Assembly (NCBI RefSeq): GCF_902652985.1
Contig: NC_047015.1
Location: 22,630,001 to 22,694,000, forward strand
Length of the DNA: 64,000 nt
Reading direction: 5' to 3'
From: Pecten maximus
Taxonomy: Eukaryota
Under the pieces are notes generated by a model. That model had not been told where the DNA came from. It did no database searches and was given only the letters and a program-made list of their open reading frames with translations. Below, piece after piece: positions 1 to 14,190 of the stretch; position 1 is the first letter of the stretch; every line of letters begins with the position of its first letter. Both the position numbers and the translations under genes were made by a program.

Positions 1-726
1 GGATTACTATGACTGACGGCTGTGCATTACTAGGTATAAAGGAACACTTTCACAGCTATAGCAAGACAATCACGTGGATTTACACACCAGCTTATCACCA
101 AACGTTGATTAACTGACAACTCCATAGCTAAATCACGATATCGCTAGTGTTTTATTTAAATATACGATTGATAGGCTACAACGCACATTACAAACGGCAT
201 AATTGTATTTTATAGCAAAGACACATAGGGCACTGAATGCATCAGCTAAGGTATGTTTGAATACGAGAGAGGCCAAAACAAAAGGGAAAAAACATCATGA
301 TACAAATATCAATTTTATATTTTATTGAAAGTTTTGAATAAAAATTATAAAAAAAAACACAGCAAGAAACTGACAGCAAATTAACATGGCCTGCAACAAA
401 CCCACAACATGGAGTTGGTGACATGGCTCTGGTTTCCCCGAAAACACCGCATAAACAACGTGTGGTAATCAGGGTCTCCGAAACCGGTCAGCCCCAAACT
501 CCGAGAGATGACTCAGCGACAATCTCCTCACACAGGATGTGCTACATGTTATCTAAATAGTCCATGCGACTTCCCATAAAAATACAATATTTTTCGTGAA
601 TCATTTTATCTGCTTTCGTGTCGACTCAACAATGATATGATACAGCGTTTACCTGAACAGCTTCAGTAAGCTGCTGACTTTGCCACACCTGTACTGGGAC
701 AGTCGTGCGCTCGTGCAATATTGTTT

Positions 727-2497
727 CAGTAGCCCTAGATATACCAATGGTCAGTAGCCCTAGGTATACCAATGGTCAATAGTCCTAGGTATACCAATGG
801 TCAGTAGCCCTAGGTATACCTATGGTCAGTAGCCCTAGATATACCAATGGTCAGTAGCCCTAGGTATACCAATGGTCAGTAGTCCTAGGTATACCAATGG
901 TCAGTAGCCCTAGGTATACCAATGGTCAGTAGTCCTAGATATACCAATGGTCAGTAGCCCTAGGTATACCTATGGTCAATAGTCCTAGGTATACCAATGG
1001 TCAGTAGCCCTAGGTATACCTATGGTCAGTAGCCCTAGATATGCCAATGGTCAGTAGCCCTAGGTATACCAATGGTCATTAGCCCTAGGTATACCTATGG
1101 TCAGTATACCTAACCACACCAATGTTCAGTAAACCTAGCCACACCAATATTAAGTAGACTAAGCTAGCCATGCCAATGTTCAGTAGACCTAACCATACCA
1201 ATGTTCAGTAGACCTAACCACAACAATGTTCTGTAGACCTAACCACACCAATGTTCTGTAGACCTAACCACACCAATGTTCTGTATACCTAACCATACCA
1301 ATGTTCTGTAGACCTAACCATACCAATGTTCAGTAGACCTAACCATACCAATGTTCTGTAGACCTAACCATACCAATGTGCTGTAGACCTAACCATACCA
1401 ATGTTCTGTAGATCTAACCACAACAATGTGCTGTAGAACTAACCATACCAATGTTCTGTAGACCTAACCACCCCAATATTCTGTAGACCTAACCATACCA
1501 ATGTTCAGTAGACCTAACCATACCAATGTTCTGTAGACCTAACCACCCCAATGTTCTGTAGACCTAACCATACCAATGTTCTGTAGACCTAACCATACCA
1601 ATGTTCTGTAGACCTAACCATACCAATGTTCAGTAGACCTAACCACAACAATGTTCTGTAGATCTAACCACACCAATGTTCAGTAGACCTAACCACAACA
1701 ATGTTCTGTAGATCTAACCACAACAATGTGCTGTAGACCTAACCATACCAATGTTCTGTAGACCTAACCACAACAATGTTCTGTAGACCTAACCACACCA
1801 ATGTTCTGTAGACCTAACCACACCAATGTTCTGTAGACCTAACCACACCAATGTTCAATAGACCTAACCATACCAATGTTCTGTAGACCTAACCACACCA
1901 ATGTTCTGTAGACCTAACCACAACAATGTTCTGTAGACCTAACCATACCAATGTTCTGTAGACCTAACCACAACAATGTTCTGTAGATCTAACCACACCA
2001 ATGTTCTGTAGACCTAACCACACCAATGTTCTGTAGACCTAACCATACCAATGTTCTGTAGACCTAACCACACCAATGTTCTGTAGAACTAACCATACCA
2101 ATGTTCAGTAGAACTAACCACACCAATGTTCTGTAGACCTAACCATACCAATGTTCTGTAGACCTAACCATACCAATGTTCTGTAGACCTAACCACACCA
2201 ATGTTCTGTAGACCTAACCATACCAATGTTCTGTAGACCTAACCACACCAATGTTCTGTAGACCTAACCACAACAATGTTCTGTAGACCTAACCACACCA
2301 ATGTTCTGTAGACCTAACCACACCAATGTTCTGTAGACCTAACCACACCAATGTTCTGTAGACCTAACCACAACAATGTTCTGTAGACCTAACCAGAACC
2401 AATGTTCTGTAGACCTAACCACAACAATGTTCTGTAGACCTAACCACACCAATGTTCTGTAGACCTAACCATACCAATGTTCTGTAGACCTAACCAT
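727..2497. repeat. 25-bp minisatellite, about 70 copies, in two sequential variants
   Basis: Unit CAGTAGCCCTAGGTATACCAATGGT (727-~1105) grades into CTGTAGACCTAACCAYACCAATGTT (~1105-2497). Period 25 (727/752, 1231/1256). Confidence 0.97.
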
Positions 2498-3643
2498 GCA
2501 GATGCCTATACTATAGGCCATGTGTAATGAATAACGTGTACGCTACAGGACGTAGACAGAAGGAGAACGCGTTAATGTAATATATACCTATTTGGGATAA
2601 AATGTCCCTAGAATGTCCCCAAATCATAAATTCGCTATTAACATACAGAAATCAATGTTTGACATACATGAAAAATGTCGCATTTCTTTGATACATCTTT
2701 AGGATTAGGGTAAGTAAACATTGTGTGGCCATGTTGAAGGTTTATGGAGGAAATCGGAGAAATAAAACATGGCATTTTCAGTGTGTTTATGAGTAACAAG
2801 AGGTCTGTGACTTAACAAGACAATCTCAGTAACATTTTTCATGTTGTCATTAAATCGTATCCTTGCCATCAAAGTCGGCCATACGTTTAACAACACTTGT
2901 CTGGTAGTAATAACGCCACCTCGCAAAAAGCTGCTTATCGACAATGACATTAACTATCGTTCATCAGGATCACTCTGGCGTTTGTCATAATGACACAACA
3001 CCATATATTCCAATGACGTGGAATGGAGTGCATTAGTGACTACAATGTCTGTCCTGTCAGGTATTAACCCGGTTTTACCGACAAATGACAGGGCGACTGC
3101 CTTTCTCATATGCATGTTTCTGTTAAATTGTCTTCGTAACGCGCGGAACCTCGAAGATCAAATTGACTTTCGTTTTCCATATATTTCTGTGTAGTTGTTA
3201 CATGTGGTTAGATTACGATTCCAATGGTATCCGGGTTACAATAAACATCTTATGTCCACATTGTCTCCGTTGTATGTACGTGACTAAGAGGAAAATAATC
3301 TATTGTTTACAATAGCAGGTATTGGAGTATGTTTACTTTACCATGCTATTAGATATATAAAACACTGGACTGATCCGTTCGGTCAATGTTTGTTGTCACA
3401 ATTTACGTTCTACTTTGGCCTTTCAAATTGATTTACTTGAGCTTGTTCAACAATACACGGTCATTAGAAGGGTTGATTTAAATTAGCCCCTAAGGGTCAC
3501 TCAACCCTGGGCTTAAAGCATAGACCATCACATCAAACAATTCCAGTACTTCGACAAACATGGATTTCTTTCCCGCAATGGCAATTTTCTCTACCAAATG
3601 TGAAAGTCTTACAACACGTGGTCATCAAAAGGAGAATGTCAGA

Positions 3644-3728
3644 AGACCCCGTGTCATGCCTTTACTAGTGGTACTTGGCTGGTCCCAGTGACCCCGTGTC
3701 ATGCCTTTACTAGTGGTACTTGGCTGGT
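3644..3728. repeat. Two-copy direct duplication (~45 bp period)
   Basis: GACCCCGTGTCATGCCTTTACTAGTGGTACTTGGCTGGT occurs twice in tandem. Confidence 0.9.
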
Positions 3729-4186
3729 ACCGTGCGTCGGTGATAAAGGCAGCGTTATTAAATATTTAACACGAGTGTAATCGTCCATTTCATCCCTTCC
3801 ATTACTGGGCCATTTAAAATGACGGTATTAAATATGAAAACAGGATAAGAGTACTGGACGAGATAGCAGAAATAGCATATTTGTGTCATTTCAATTGAAT
3901 TCGACCCGCGTTTGCAGCTCTTGATCTATCTATGCAGTTCGATACAGAATAACAATGTTCATGAATTAGCTTGTCACCTTGCTAGCATCACCCTGGACAG
4001 GTAACATCCGCCTAAACTCTGCACATTCTCATCTGATATTTATTGGCTTCATTAAAGAGAAATCCCTGAGATGAAATCTAGTGTGTCTATCATTTGTTTA
4101 ACAATGTTGACATTGACAGTGCCCATAGAGCGTTTACATAAGGTTGCTGACGTCAATAAATAAGTATCATATGAACATATGAAATG

Positions 4187-4536
4187 CTGCCCTGCATGAA
4201 GAGCGTAATAATTGTACCTGCTGCAGCTATTGCATGATCGTAAGAGACAACTTAAGTGGGGATCTTATCTTTTCTCTTATTTTTAAATAACTTTACTCTT
4301 CCTAATGTCTCCCTTGACACTACCTCACTATTGGCCTTTCGTCGAGCGCCCGCTTCCGTGAGAAAGGCTTTGGTTTCTGTCCCTTGACCGAAATATACCA
4401 GACTCTGTATACATTGTATGATAGTTTCTAATCCTGCTTAGCGCTCAGCATGTTGGGAGTGGGACGACTGGTTCGCCCATTGTTATTATAATGTTGGGAG
4501 TGGGACGACTGGTTCGCCCATTGTTATTATAATGTT
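4187..4536 (+). mobile_element. Diverged, 3'-truncated copy of the composite SINE at 46872-47403
   Basis: Colinear with the reverse complement of ~47100-47403 (shared AATTGTACCTGCTG, TTGCATGATCGTA, CTTCCTAATGTCTCCCTTGACA, CCTGCTTAGCGCTCAGCAT, GGACGACTGGTTCGCCC). Its last ~42 bp are tandemly duplicated. Confidence 0.85.
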
Positions 4537-4719
4537 CTTACAAAGGAAGCAGGGCGAAGAGAGAGCGTCGGAAATGACGTCAATGAAAGCGTCATATGTG
4601 GTGGGGTGGCGCAATGGTAGCATGTAGGTTTCTCCGCGTGATTTATATTTATATTATATTTATGTATGTTTTTCGGTCGGTCATCCCCAACATTAATAAA
4701 TTGAAAGCTGGCATTCCTA

Positions 4720-5470
4720 TGTAACCAATGACAACATCGACAGTGGAGCACTGCTACATCCCTTATTGGCCTCGTAACCATTGACAACATTGATAGTGCA
4801 GCACTGATACATCCCTTATTGGTCTCGTAACCAATGACAGCATCGACAGTACAGTAATGATACATCCCTTATTGGCCTCGTAACCAATGACAACATTGAC
4901 AGTGCAGCACTGCTACATCCCTTATTGGTCTCGTAACCAATGACAGCATCGACAGTACAGCAATGCTACATCCCTTATTGGCCTCGTAACCAATGACAAC
5001 ATTGACAGTGCAGCACTGCTACATCCCTTATTGGCCTCGTAGCCAATGACAACATTGACAGTGCAGCACTGCTACATCCCTTATTGGCCTCGTAACCAAT
5101 GACAACATTGACAGTGCAGCACTGCTATATCCCTTATTGGCCTCGTAACCAATGACAACATTGACAGTGCAGCACTGCTACATCCCTTATTGGCCTCGTA
5201 ACCAATGACAACATTGACAGTGCAGCACTGCTACATCCCTTATTGGCCTCGTAACCAATGACAACATTGACAGTGCAGCACTGCTACATCCCTTATTGGC
5301 TTCGTAACCAATGACAACATTGACAGTGCAGCACTGCTACATCCCTGATTGGCCTTGTAACCAATGACAGCATCGACAGTGCAGCACTGCTACATCCCTT
5401 ATTGGCCTCGTAACCAATGACAACATTGACAGTGCAGCACTGCTACATCCCTTATTGGCGTTGACATTGA
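4720..5470. repeat. 53-bp minisatellite, about 14 copies
   Basis: Unit CGTAACCAATGACAACATTGACAGTGCAGCACTGCTACATCCCTTATTGGCCT. Period 53 (5161/5214). Confidence 0.96.
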
Positions 5471-6383
5471 CTAACCAATATGAACCGTAACAATGTGACT
5501 ATTGGCACGAACTTTGACCCTTGTGTTCTCCATAATCGACCTTGACCTTGTGATAGTGACCATGACCTCAGGCATCATATACAACGATTGAAGGGGAGTA
5601 TCTGAAGTACTACACGTATGTTGATGATAAGAATTGATCGCGCGTGGTCAATGTCAATTTATCTGAATTTATAAATACTGTCGGCCAGAAGCACGGAATT
5701 TACAGCTGTCAGTGTTGGTCAGAGTTTACTACAGAATCGATTGGCAATTTTGTTTATAGCAATGTGTTACCATAGGAACAAACTTATATTTCACTGTTTG
5801 TGTGCAGGATTTGTATTATACATACAAGAATTGCAAATCCTTTGGGAGATTTCAAGACAATAAATGTAGGGAACATATCACATATACACGATCGCTATAA
5901 TCACCCTATCAGCCGTCGGAACTCTTGGCCTTCTATTTTCTCCTGCTGTGTTTACGTTCGTACAGGAAGTTTATACAACGTTGCACTTCTGGGTTTCGGC
6001 GTATCGGATCGTCGAGAACTTCGTCCGCCACATGGCCGAAACTTTTGATTAAGAACCAACTAATTACTGGAGGTATTACAGACATGTTGATGGAATGTTT
6101 CATCAGCTGACATCAACTAGTCCCTACTGTTGTGCCCTTGTCATCGTACCTGCACTATGCATTCAATTGTAAACAGTGCCGACTGTTTCCTCTCCAGACA
6201 CATATTTTTGTATCGCACTAGCTCCCTCTTACCAATACATAAGTAAACCTGTCTGATGCATCACCTGGATACACTCGGCCATGTAAAAACACGTTTTTCT
6301 TTGACATTAACTGTCACCGTGGCGATCCATCACTCGCGAATTAACGTCACTGCTCGCGTACCTCTACAACGTGGAGTGATTAG

Positions 6384-7880
6384 TACATCACACGCGTGGC
6401 TGGCTCCGTCACCTCAACTGTCCCCGTCATGGGACACTACGGACACTACATCACACGCGTGGCTGGCTCCGTCACCTCAACTGTCCCCGTCATGGGACAC
6501 TACGGACACTACATCACACGTGTCACTGACTCCGTCACCTCAACTGGCTCCGTCACCTCAACTGTCCCCGTCATGGGACACTACATCACACGCGTGGCTG
6601 GCTCTGTCACCTCAATTGTCCCCGTCATGTGACACTACGGACACTACATCACACGTGTCACTGGCTCCGTCACCTCAACTGTCCCCGTCACCTCAACTGT
6701 CCCCGTCATGGGACACTACAACACACGTGTCACTGGCTCCGTCACCTCAACTGTCCCCGTCATGGGACACTACATCACACGTGTCACTGGCTCCGTCACC
6801 TCAACTGTCCCCGTCATGGGACACTACATCACATGTGTCACTGGCTCTGTCACCTCAACTGCCCCCGTCATGTCACACTACAACACACGTGTCGCTGGCT
6901 CTGTCACCTCAACTGTCCCCGTCATGTCACACTACAACACACGTGCCGCTGGCTCTGTCACCTCAAATGTCCCCGTCATGTCACACTACATCACACTTGT
7001 CACTGGCTCCGTCACCTCAACTGTCCCCGTCATGGGACACTACAACACACGTGTCGCTGGCTCTGTCACCTCAACTGTCCCCGTCATGTCACACTACAAC
7101 ACACTTGTCACTGGCTCCGTCACCTCAACTGTCCCCGTCATGTCACACTACAACACACGTGTCACTGGCTCCGTCACCTCAACTGTCCCCGTCATGTCAC
7201 ACTACATCACACGCGTGGCTGGCTCCGTCACCTCAACTGTCCCCGTCATGTCACACTACAACACACGTGTCACTGGCTCCGTCACCTCAACTGTCCCCGT
7301 CATGTCACACTACATCACACGTGTCACTGGCTCCGTCACCTCAACTGTCCCCGTCATGTCACACTACATCACACGTGTCACTGGCTCCGTCACCTCAACT
7401 GTCCCCGTCATGTCACACTACCTCACATGTGACGCTGGCTCTGTCACCTCAACTGTCCCCGTCATGTCACACTACAACACACGTGTCACTGGCTCCGTCA
7501 CCTCAACTGTCCCCGTCATGTCACACTACATCACACGTGTCACTGGCTCCGTCACCTCAACTGTCCCCGTCATGTCACACTACATCACACGTGTCACTGG
7601 CTCCGTCACCTCAACTGTCCCCGTCATGTCACACTACATCACACGTGTCACTGGCTCCGTCACCTCAACTGTCCCCGTCATGTCACACTACATCACACGC
7701 GTCGCTGGCTCTGTCACCTCAACTGTCCCCGTCATGTCACACTACATCACACGTGTCACTGGCTCCGTCACCTCAACTGTCCCCGTCATGTCACACTACA
7801 ACACACGTGTCACTGGCTCTGTCACCTCAACTGTCCCCGTCATGTCACACTACAACACACGTGCCGCTGGCTCTGTCACA
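6384..7880. repeat. 54-bp minisatellite, about 27 copies
   Basis: Unit CACTACATCACACGTGTCACTGGCTCCGTCACCTCAACTGTCCCCGTCATGTCA. It gives 18-aa periodic ORFs in all three + frames. Confidence 0.97.
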
Positions 7881-9425
7881 TCAGTTGATAACTTATTCGT
7901 GTCACCCTACACCTAATCCTAATCGGACACAGTCATCTCAGGGACAATGACAAAGATGTTATTATCATAAACATACGAAATCAGATCCACTACATTTTAA
8001 CTTCTCAGCATACAATACGATAGCCTCAAATACAGTTTTCACGAGGCATCAGACATGTTCCCACGACACGTGTTTGATGAATGAAACGGCTAAACACTAG
8101 CCAATACGTTGTCTTCCCACTCAGCAAACATATCTTATTTTAACATTGGGCACAGGTAGTGTTAATTTACAGGTAAGGCTATAGTCTGTTTTGGGAAAGT
8201 GGCTGATCCTGTGTAAGTATATGTTATACATATCACGGCAAAAATTATTTTACTTGAAATAATTCATATTATCAGTATAAGTCATGATACATGTATTAAT
8301 ACAATACTATATTTAAAACTGTAAAAGGGAATTTTGATACCCGTTATACAAACATAACATTCACCGTGATACACAGTACAAAACTTACAGCTTATACTTG
8401 ATAAATCAGAGAAATTGCATGGGGAATGTATCGTTCGCCTTCGTGACACACTTACTCGTATGTTTGGGATATACATGTACATGTATCTTAATTGCACTAT
8501 GTACCTTGGCTGTAGGTTGATCTACGTTATGTATGTTTTGGTTAGGCTATAATAAAACTGTGTCCATGTAAACTCAGGTCATGTGATTTCTACAAGTGAA
8601 TCGCCAATACAGAGGTACCATCTCAAGCCTCCTGGCGATGTCTGATGGCCGATCACCTCAGGTAAATCAATTTCAAACACAGTGTTCTTACTCGATCCAG
8701 GGCTACCCTTGTCGGAATTGTCTACATCTGTCTGTCGGGAACTTGTTTCCAGCAAGTAGATGATTACCATGAAGCCTATCATCTATTTTTAAATCGATCT
8801 CTGTCTTAGATCGGCTTTTAAAGTTATGACAATACTTTCTCCGGAAATGTATTTGTCATTGGTACTTCAATACATGTATATCGCATCTGGTAGTGTATAT
8901 TACTGTCCCGTATAGACGTCCAAACTACGTCACAGAACAAGGTTAAACATATGGCTTTAAATGGCAACCCCATCCCTCATCCATTTATATTGACGTCATA
9001 ACCAGCATACACGAAAACATACTCCATTAGTTTTAAATAGCCCGAATAGAGATTATATATAGAAGGACGTTTATTGCCCATGATCACAGTCACTATAACT
9101 CTTTTAAGAAGTAGAGCAGGTCACTTGTCCCTTCAGGTGAATGATGGAACGCGTGAATAAATGTCCGGCGTAAAAAAGGAAAGAAAAAAGGGGGCCGACC
9201 GCGACGATGCATAACATGGTTCATTCATGGATCGCAATCTTCATACCGTCTGTGTCACCAAAGCTGACGTGACATATACATATGTAGGTTATGTGTGTAC
9301 AGTACCGTCCTGGACATGGAGTCCATGATATAGCGAATAATGCTGTCAATCATAAGCAAGTTACATTTAGCGTGTCCATGAAAGGTAATAATAAAGACAA
9401 TGAAAGACAATTGAATTTATCGACG

Positions 9426-12400
9426 AACAAGAGGCCCATGGGGCCTGTATCGCTCACCTGGTTGGATTTTACCAAATGTCAAAATAATGTACATGTTCAA
9501 TTTGTCAATACATATACAAAAATGTACTCTCTGAAAGACCATATGGATTATTTTTACACAATAATGGTGTTTAAAGAAACTAAGTCCCTTAGGGTGGGGA
9601 AAACCCTTTGGCCTATTTTTACATAAAAATTGTGTTTATCCCTTAATGCCCAGCGATACTATACATAGTTATGGGATTGAGGGTCACAGTAACCATTTAT
9701 GCAAAATCTGTTCCCCCATCACCAGGGATGTTTCTGACCAAATTGGGTTCAAATCCATTTAAAACTCAAATCTCTATTTCCCCTATTTGGCCCCTCCCTT
9801 CAGGCCCCTTGGGGGTCAGAGTCAATATTTATATAAACTCCCTTTCCCCCTTCCCCTAAGGATATTCCAGACCAAATTTGGTTCAAATCCATTCATAACT
9901 TTATGAAAATAACGATTTAAAGGAGTAACCCCTATTTCCCTATTTGGCCCAGCCCCTCAGGCCCCTCAATATTTATACAAACTCTTTCCCCCCCTTCCTC
10001 TCTGGATGTTCCTGACCAAATTTAGTTAAAATCCATTCGTAACTTAATAATTAATAGCGATTTAAAGGATTAACCCCTATTTTCCCTATCAGACCCCACT
10101 CCTCAGTCCCCTGGAGATTCAGAGTAAAACATTATACCAACTCGGTTCCCCTTCGCCAATGAATATTCCTGACCATATTTGGTTTAAGTCCATTAAAAAC
10201 TTTATGACTAGTAGCAATTAAAAGACTAATCTCTATTTCCCCTACTTGGCCCCGCCCCTTAGGCCCCTAGGGGTACAGAGTAAAAATTCATATAAACTCT
10301 GTTCCCCCTCCCCTCAAGGATGTTCCTGACCAAATTTGGTGAAAAGCTATTCAATACTTCAGGAGTAGTAGCGATTTAAAGGAGTGACCCTATTTCCCCC
10401 ACCCCTCAGGCCCCTGGGGGTTGAGAATAAAGATTTAAACAAACCCTGTTCCTCTTCCTCCAAGGATGTTCCTGACCAAATCTGGTTCAAATTCATTAAT
10501 AACTTTATGACTAGTAATGATTTAAAGGATTAACCCTATTTCCCCTATTTGGCCCTGCCCCTCAGGCCCCTGGGGGTTCAAAGTAAAAATGTATACAAAC
10601 TCTGTTTCCTTTCTGCCAAGGATGTTACTGACCAAATTTGGTTCAAATTCATTCATAACTTTATGACTAGTAACGATTTAAAGGATTAACCCTATTTCCC
10701 CTATTTGGCCCTGCCCCTCAGGCCCCTGGGGGTTCAAAGTAAAAATTTATACAAACTCTGTTTCCTTTCTGCCAAGGATGTTACTGACCAAATTTGGTTC
10801 AAATTCATTCATAACTTTATGACTAGTAACGATTTAAAGGATTAACCCTATTTCCCCTATTTGGCCCTGCCCCTCAGGCCCCTGGGGGTTCAAAGTAAAA
10901 ATTTATACAAACTCTGTTTCCTTTCTGCCAAGGATGTTACTGACCAAATTTGGTTCAAATTCATTCATAACTTTATTACTAGTAGCGATTTAAAGGAGTA
11001 ACCCTATTTCCCCTATTTGGCCCCGCCCCTCAGGCCCCTGGGGGTTCAGAGTAAAAATTTATACAAACTCTGTTCCCCTTCTGCCAAGGATGTTCCTGAC
11101 CAAATCTGGTTCAAATTCATTCATAACTTTATGACTAGTAGCGATTTAAAGGATTAACCCTATTTCCCCTATTTGGCCCCGCCCCTCAGGCTCCTGGGGG
11201 TTCAAAGTAAAAATGTATACAAACTCTGTTCCCCTTCTGCCAAGGATGTTACTGACCAAATTTGGTTCAAATTCATTCATAACTTTATGACTAGTAACGA
11301 TTTAAAGGATTAACCCTATTTCCCCTATTTGGCCCTGCCCCTCAGGCCCCTGGGGGTTCAAAGTAAAAATGTATACAAACTCTGTTTCCTTTCTGCCAAG
11401 GATGTTACTGACCAAATTTGGTTCAAATTCATTAATAACTTTATGACTAGTAACGATTTAAAGGATTAACCCTATTTCCCCTATTTGGCCCTGCCCCTCA
11501 GGCCCCTGGGGGTTCAAAGTAAAAATTTATACAAACTCTGTTTCCTTTCTGCCAAGGATGTTACTGACCAAATTTGGTTCAAATTCATTCATAACTTTAT
11601 GACTAGTAACGATTTAAAGGAATAACTCTATTTCCCCTATTTGGCCCCGCCCCTCAGGCCCCTGCGGGTTCAGAGTAAAAATTTAAACAAACTCTGTTCC
11701 CTTTCTGCCAAGGATGTTCCTGACCAAATTTGGTTCAAATTCATTCATAACTTTATGACTAGTAGCGATTTAAAGGAGTAACCCTATTTCCCCTATTTGG
11801 CCCCGCCCCTCAGGCCCCTGGGGGTTCAGAGTAAAAATTTATACAAACTCTGTTCCCCTTCTGCCAAGGATGTTCCTGACCAAATCTGGTTCAAATTCAT
11901 TCATAACTTTATGACCAGTAGCGATTTAAATGATTAACCCTATTTCCCCTATTTGGCCCTGCCCCTCAGGCCCCTGGGGGTTCAGAGTAAAAATGTATAC
12001 AAACTCTGTTCCCCTTCTGCCAAGAATATTCCTGACTAAATCTAGTTCAAATTCATTCATAACTTTATGACTAGTAGCGATTTAAAGGAGTAACCCTATT
12101 TCCCCTATTTGGCCCCGCCCCTCAGGCCCCTGGGGGTTCAGAGTAAAAATGTATACAAACTCTGTTCCCCTTCTGCCAAGGATATTCCTGACCAAATTTG
12201 GTTCAAATTCATTCATAACTTTATGACTAGTAGCGATTTAAAGGATTAACCCTATTTCCCCTATTTGGCCCCGCCCCTCAGGCCCCTGGGGGTTCAGAGT
12301 AAAAATGTATACAAACTCTGTTCCCCTTCCCCCAAGGATGTTCCTGACCAAATTTGGTTCAAATTCATTCATAACTTTATAACTAGTAGCGATTTAAAGG

Positions 12401-12685
12401 AATAACCCTATTTCCCCTATTTGGCCCCGCCCCTCAGGCCCCTGGGGGTTCAGAGTAAAAATGTATACAAACTCTGTTCCCCTTCCCCCAAGGATGTTCC
12501 TGATCAAATTTTGTGAAAATCCATTCAATACTTTAGGACTAGTAGCAATTTAAAGAAAAAGTTGACGGACGCCGGACGACGGACGACGGACGACGGACGC
12601 CGGACGACGGACGACGGACGCCGGACGACGGACGCTGCACCATGGCATAAGCTCACCGGCCCTTCGGGCCAGGTGAGCTAAAAAA
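9426..12685 (-). mobile_element. Non-autonomous Helentron (HINE/DINE-1/pearl-like) with an internal 156-bp tandem array
   Basis: On the minus strand: TTTTTAGCTCACCTGGCCCGAAGGGCCGGTGAGCT (subterminal repeat plus inverted repeat), then a CGTC/CGTCCGG microsatellite (~12565-12635), about 18 units of 156 bp, and a 3' subterminal repeat CCAGGTGAGC followed by the hairpin AGGCCCCATGGGCCT and CTTGTT. This is the canonical bivalve HINE architecture. Confidence 0.9.
9700..12550. repeat. 156-bp satellite-like array inside the HINE
   Basis: GATGTTACTGACCAAATTTGG recurs at 10621, 10777 and 10933, and at 11401 (5 x 156 from 10621). The leftmost units are more diverged. Confidence 0.95.
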
Positions 12686-12942
12686 CGACATGTTTTGTGT
12701 TTTTCCTCGTTGAACTAGAAAGATCATGAAAGACTTTGGGCAAGAAGACGTCATAGGTCACTTGACCGCCACGGCGACGGTTACACGAGTTTTGCTCTGG
12801 GTTCGACTGCCGCATTCGCTTGCAGCTTTTCGTTACTTTCGTTTCGTTTCGTTCTTACCAAGGAATACACTAGTGTGGAAGATAATAACTCAGAAAGTTC
12901 ACCAATTCATAATCATGTCTAATATATATATATATATACAAA

Positions 12943-13064
12943 ACACATACACCAGGGGGCGCAGTGTGGGTTAAACCTAAACAAAATACATACACCAGGG
13001 GGCGCAGTGTGGGTTAAACCTAAACAAAACACATACACCAGGGGGCGCAGTGTGGGTTAAACCT
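12943..13064. repeat. 43-bp triplication, each copy containing CACCAGGGGGCGCAGTG (CTCF-core-like)
   Basis: The motif starts at 12950, 12993 and 13036. Confidence 0.9.
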
Positions 13065-13614
13065 ACTACTGTCGAAAGTCGTCAACAAAAAAGGATCGAG
13101 TTGTTTGGGGGAGGGTTGTCAGTAAATGATTAGTTCAAGGCTGGGTGTCAATGATAACAGTGTATACACGTATCCAATCGTAATACCATATCTTTATATC
13201 GACATGAAAGGAAACACTGAAACCGACAATGGAATGGCTGCACGTGGGGATGAAGCTGTTTTGAAGGCTTATATTGGGCGTGCAGAGGATGAGTTTGTTT
13301 TGAAAGACTGCGCATGAGGATGGGGCTGTTTTCAAGGCCAATATTGAAAATGGACATTCGGATAGGGCTGTTTTGAACGCTGATGCAGCAGGAAGACGAT
13401 ATATATATACGATATATACGATAGCTTGATTGATAGTTTTGTGATAACGGATGTCTTCTGAATCCAAGATACCCATTACGTAAATGTTACCTAAGTACAA
13501 GTTGGTAATCAGTCCCCACAGCCATCGTAGTAGAACAGCAGGAGTTTATATGGTATTAACTTACAAATCATAAACAAAAAACACACCGTATACCATATAA
13601 ATCAGCGGTCTGTA

Positions 13615-14190
13615 TAGGTTAGCATTGGTTCGTGTAAGTTAGTATTGATTCGTGTAAGTAAGCATTGGTTCGTGCAAGTTACACTGAAGCATTGGTACGT
13701 GTAAGTAAGCATTGGTTCGTGTAAGTTACACTGTAGCATTGGTTCGTGTAAGTTAGCATTAGTTCGTATAAGTAAGCATTGGTTCGTGTAAGTAAGCATT
13801 GGTTCGTGTAAGTTACACTGTAGCATTGGTTCGTGTAAGTAAGCATTGGTTCGTGTAAGTAAGCATTGGTTCGTGTAAGTTACACTGTAGCATTTGTCCG
13901 TGTAAGTTAGCATTAGTTCGTGTAAGCATTGGTTCGTGTAAGTTAACATTGGTTCGTGTAAGTTAGCAGTGGTTCGTGTAAGTTAACATTGGTTCGTGTA
14001 AGTTAGCATTGATTCGTGTAAGCTAGCATTGGTTCGTGTAAGTTAGCATTGGTTCGTGTAAGTTACACTGTAGCATTGGTTCGTGTAAGTTAGCATTGGT
14101 TCGTGTAAGTTAGCATTGGTTCGTGTAAGTTAGCATTGGTTCGTGTAAGTTAGCATTAGTTCGTGTAAGTTAGCATTGATTCGTGTAAGA
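13615..14190. repeat. 20-bp minisatellite with 27-bp variants
   Basis: AGCATTGGTTCGTGTAAGTT repeated. Some units carry an extra ACACTGT. Confidence 0.95.

Noticed and set aside
6256-7950. 564-aa Ser/Pro/Thr-rich mucin-like ORF
   Set aside because: It is the translation of a 54-bp array that is stop-free in all three + frames, with no frame preference, signal peptide or splice context.
8579-8782. 67-aa minus-strand ORF as a possible PDE11 exon
   Set aside because: No GAF or PDE similarity, and it ends in a stop without a convincing donor.
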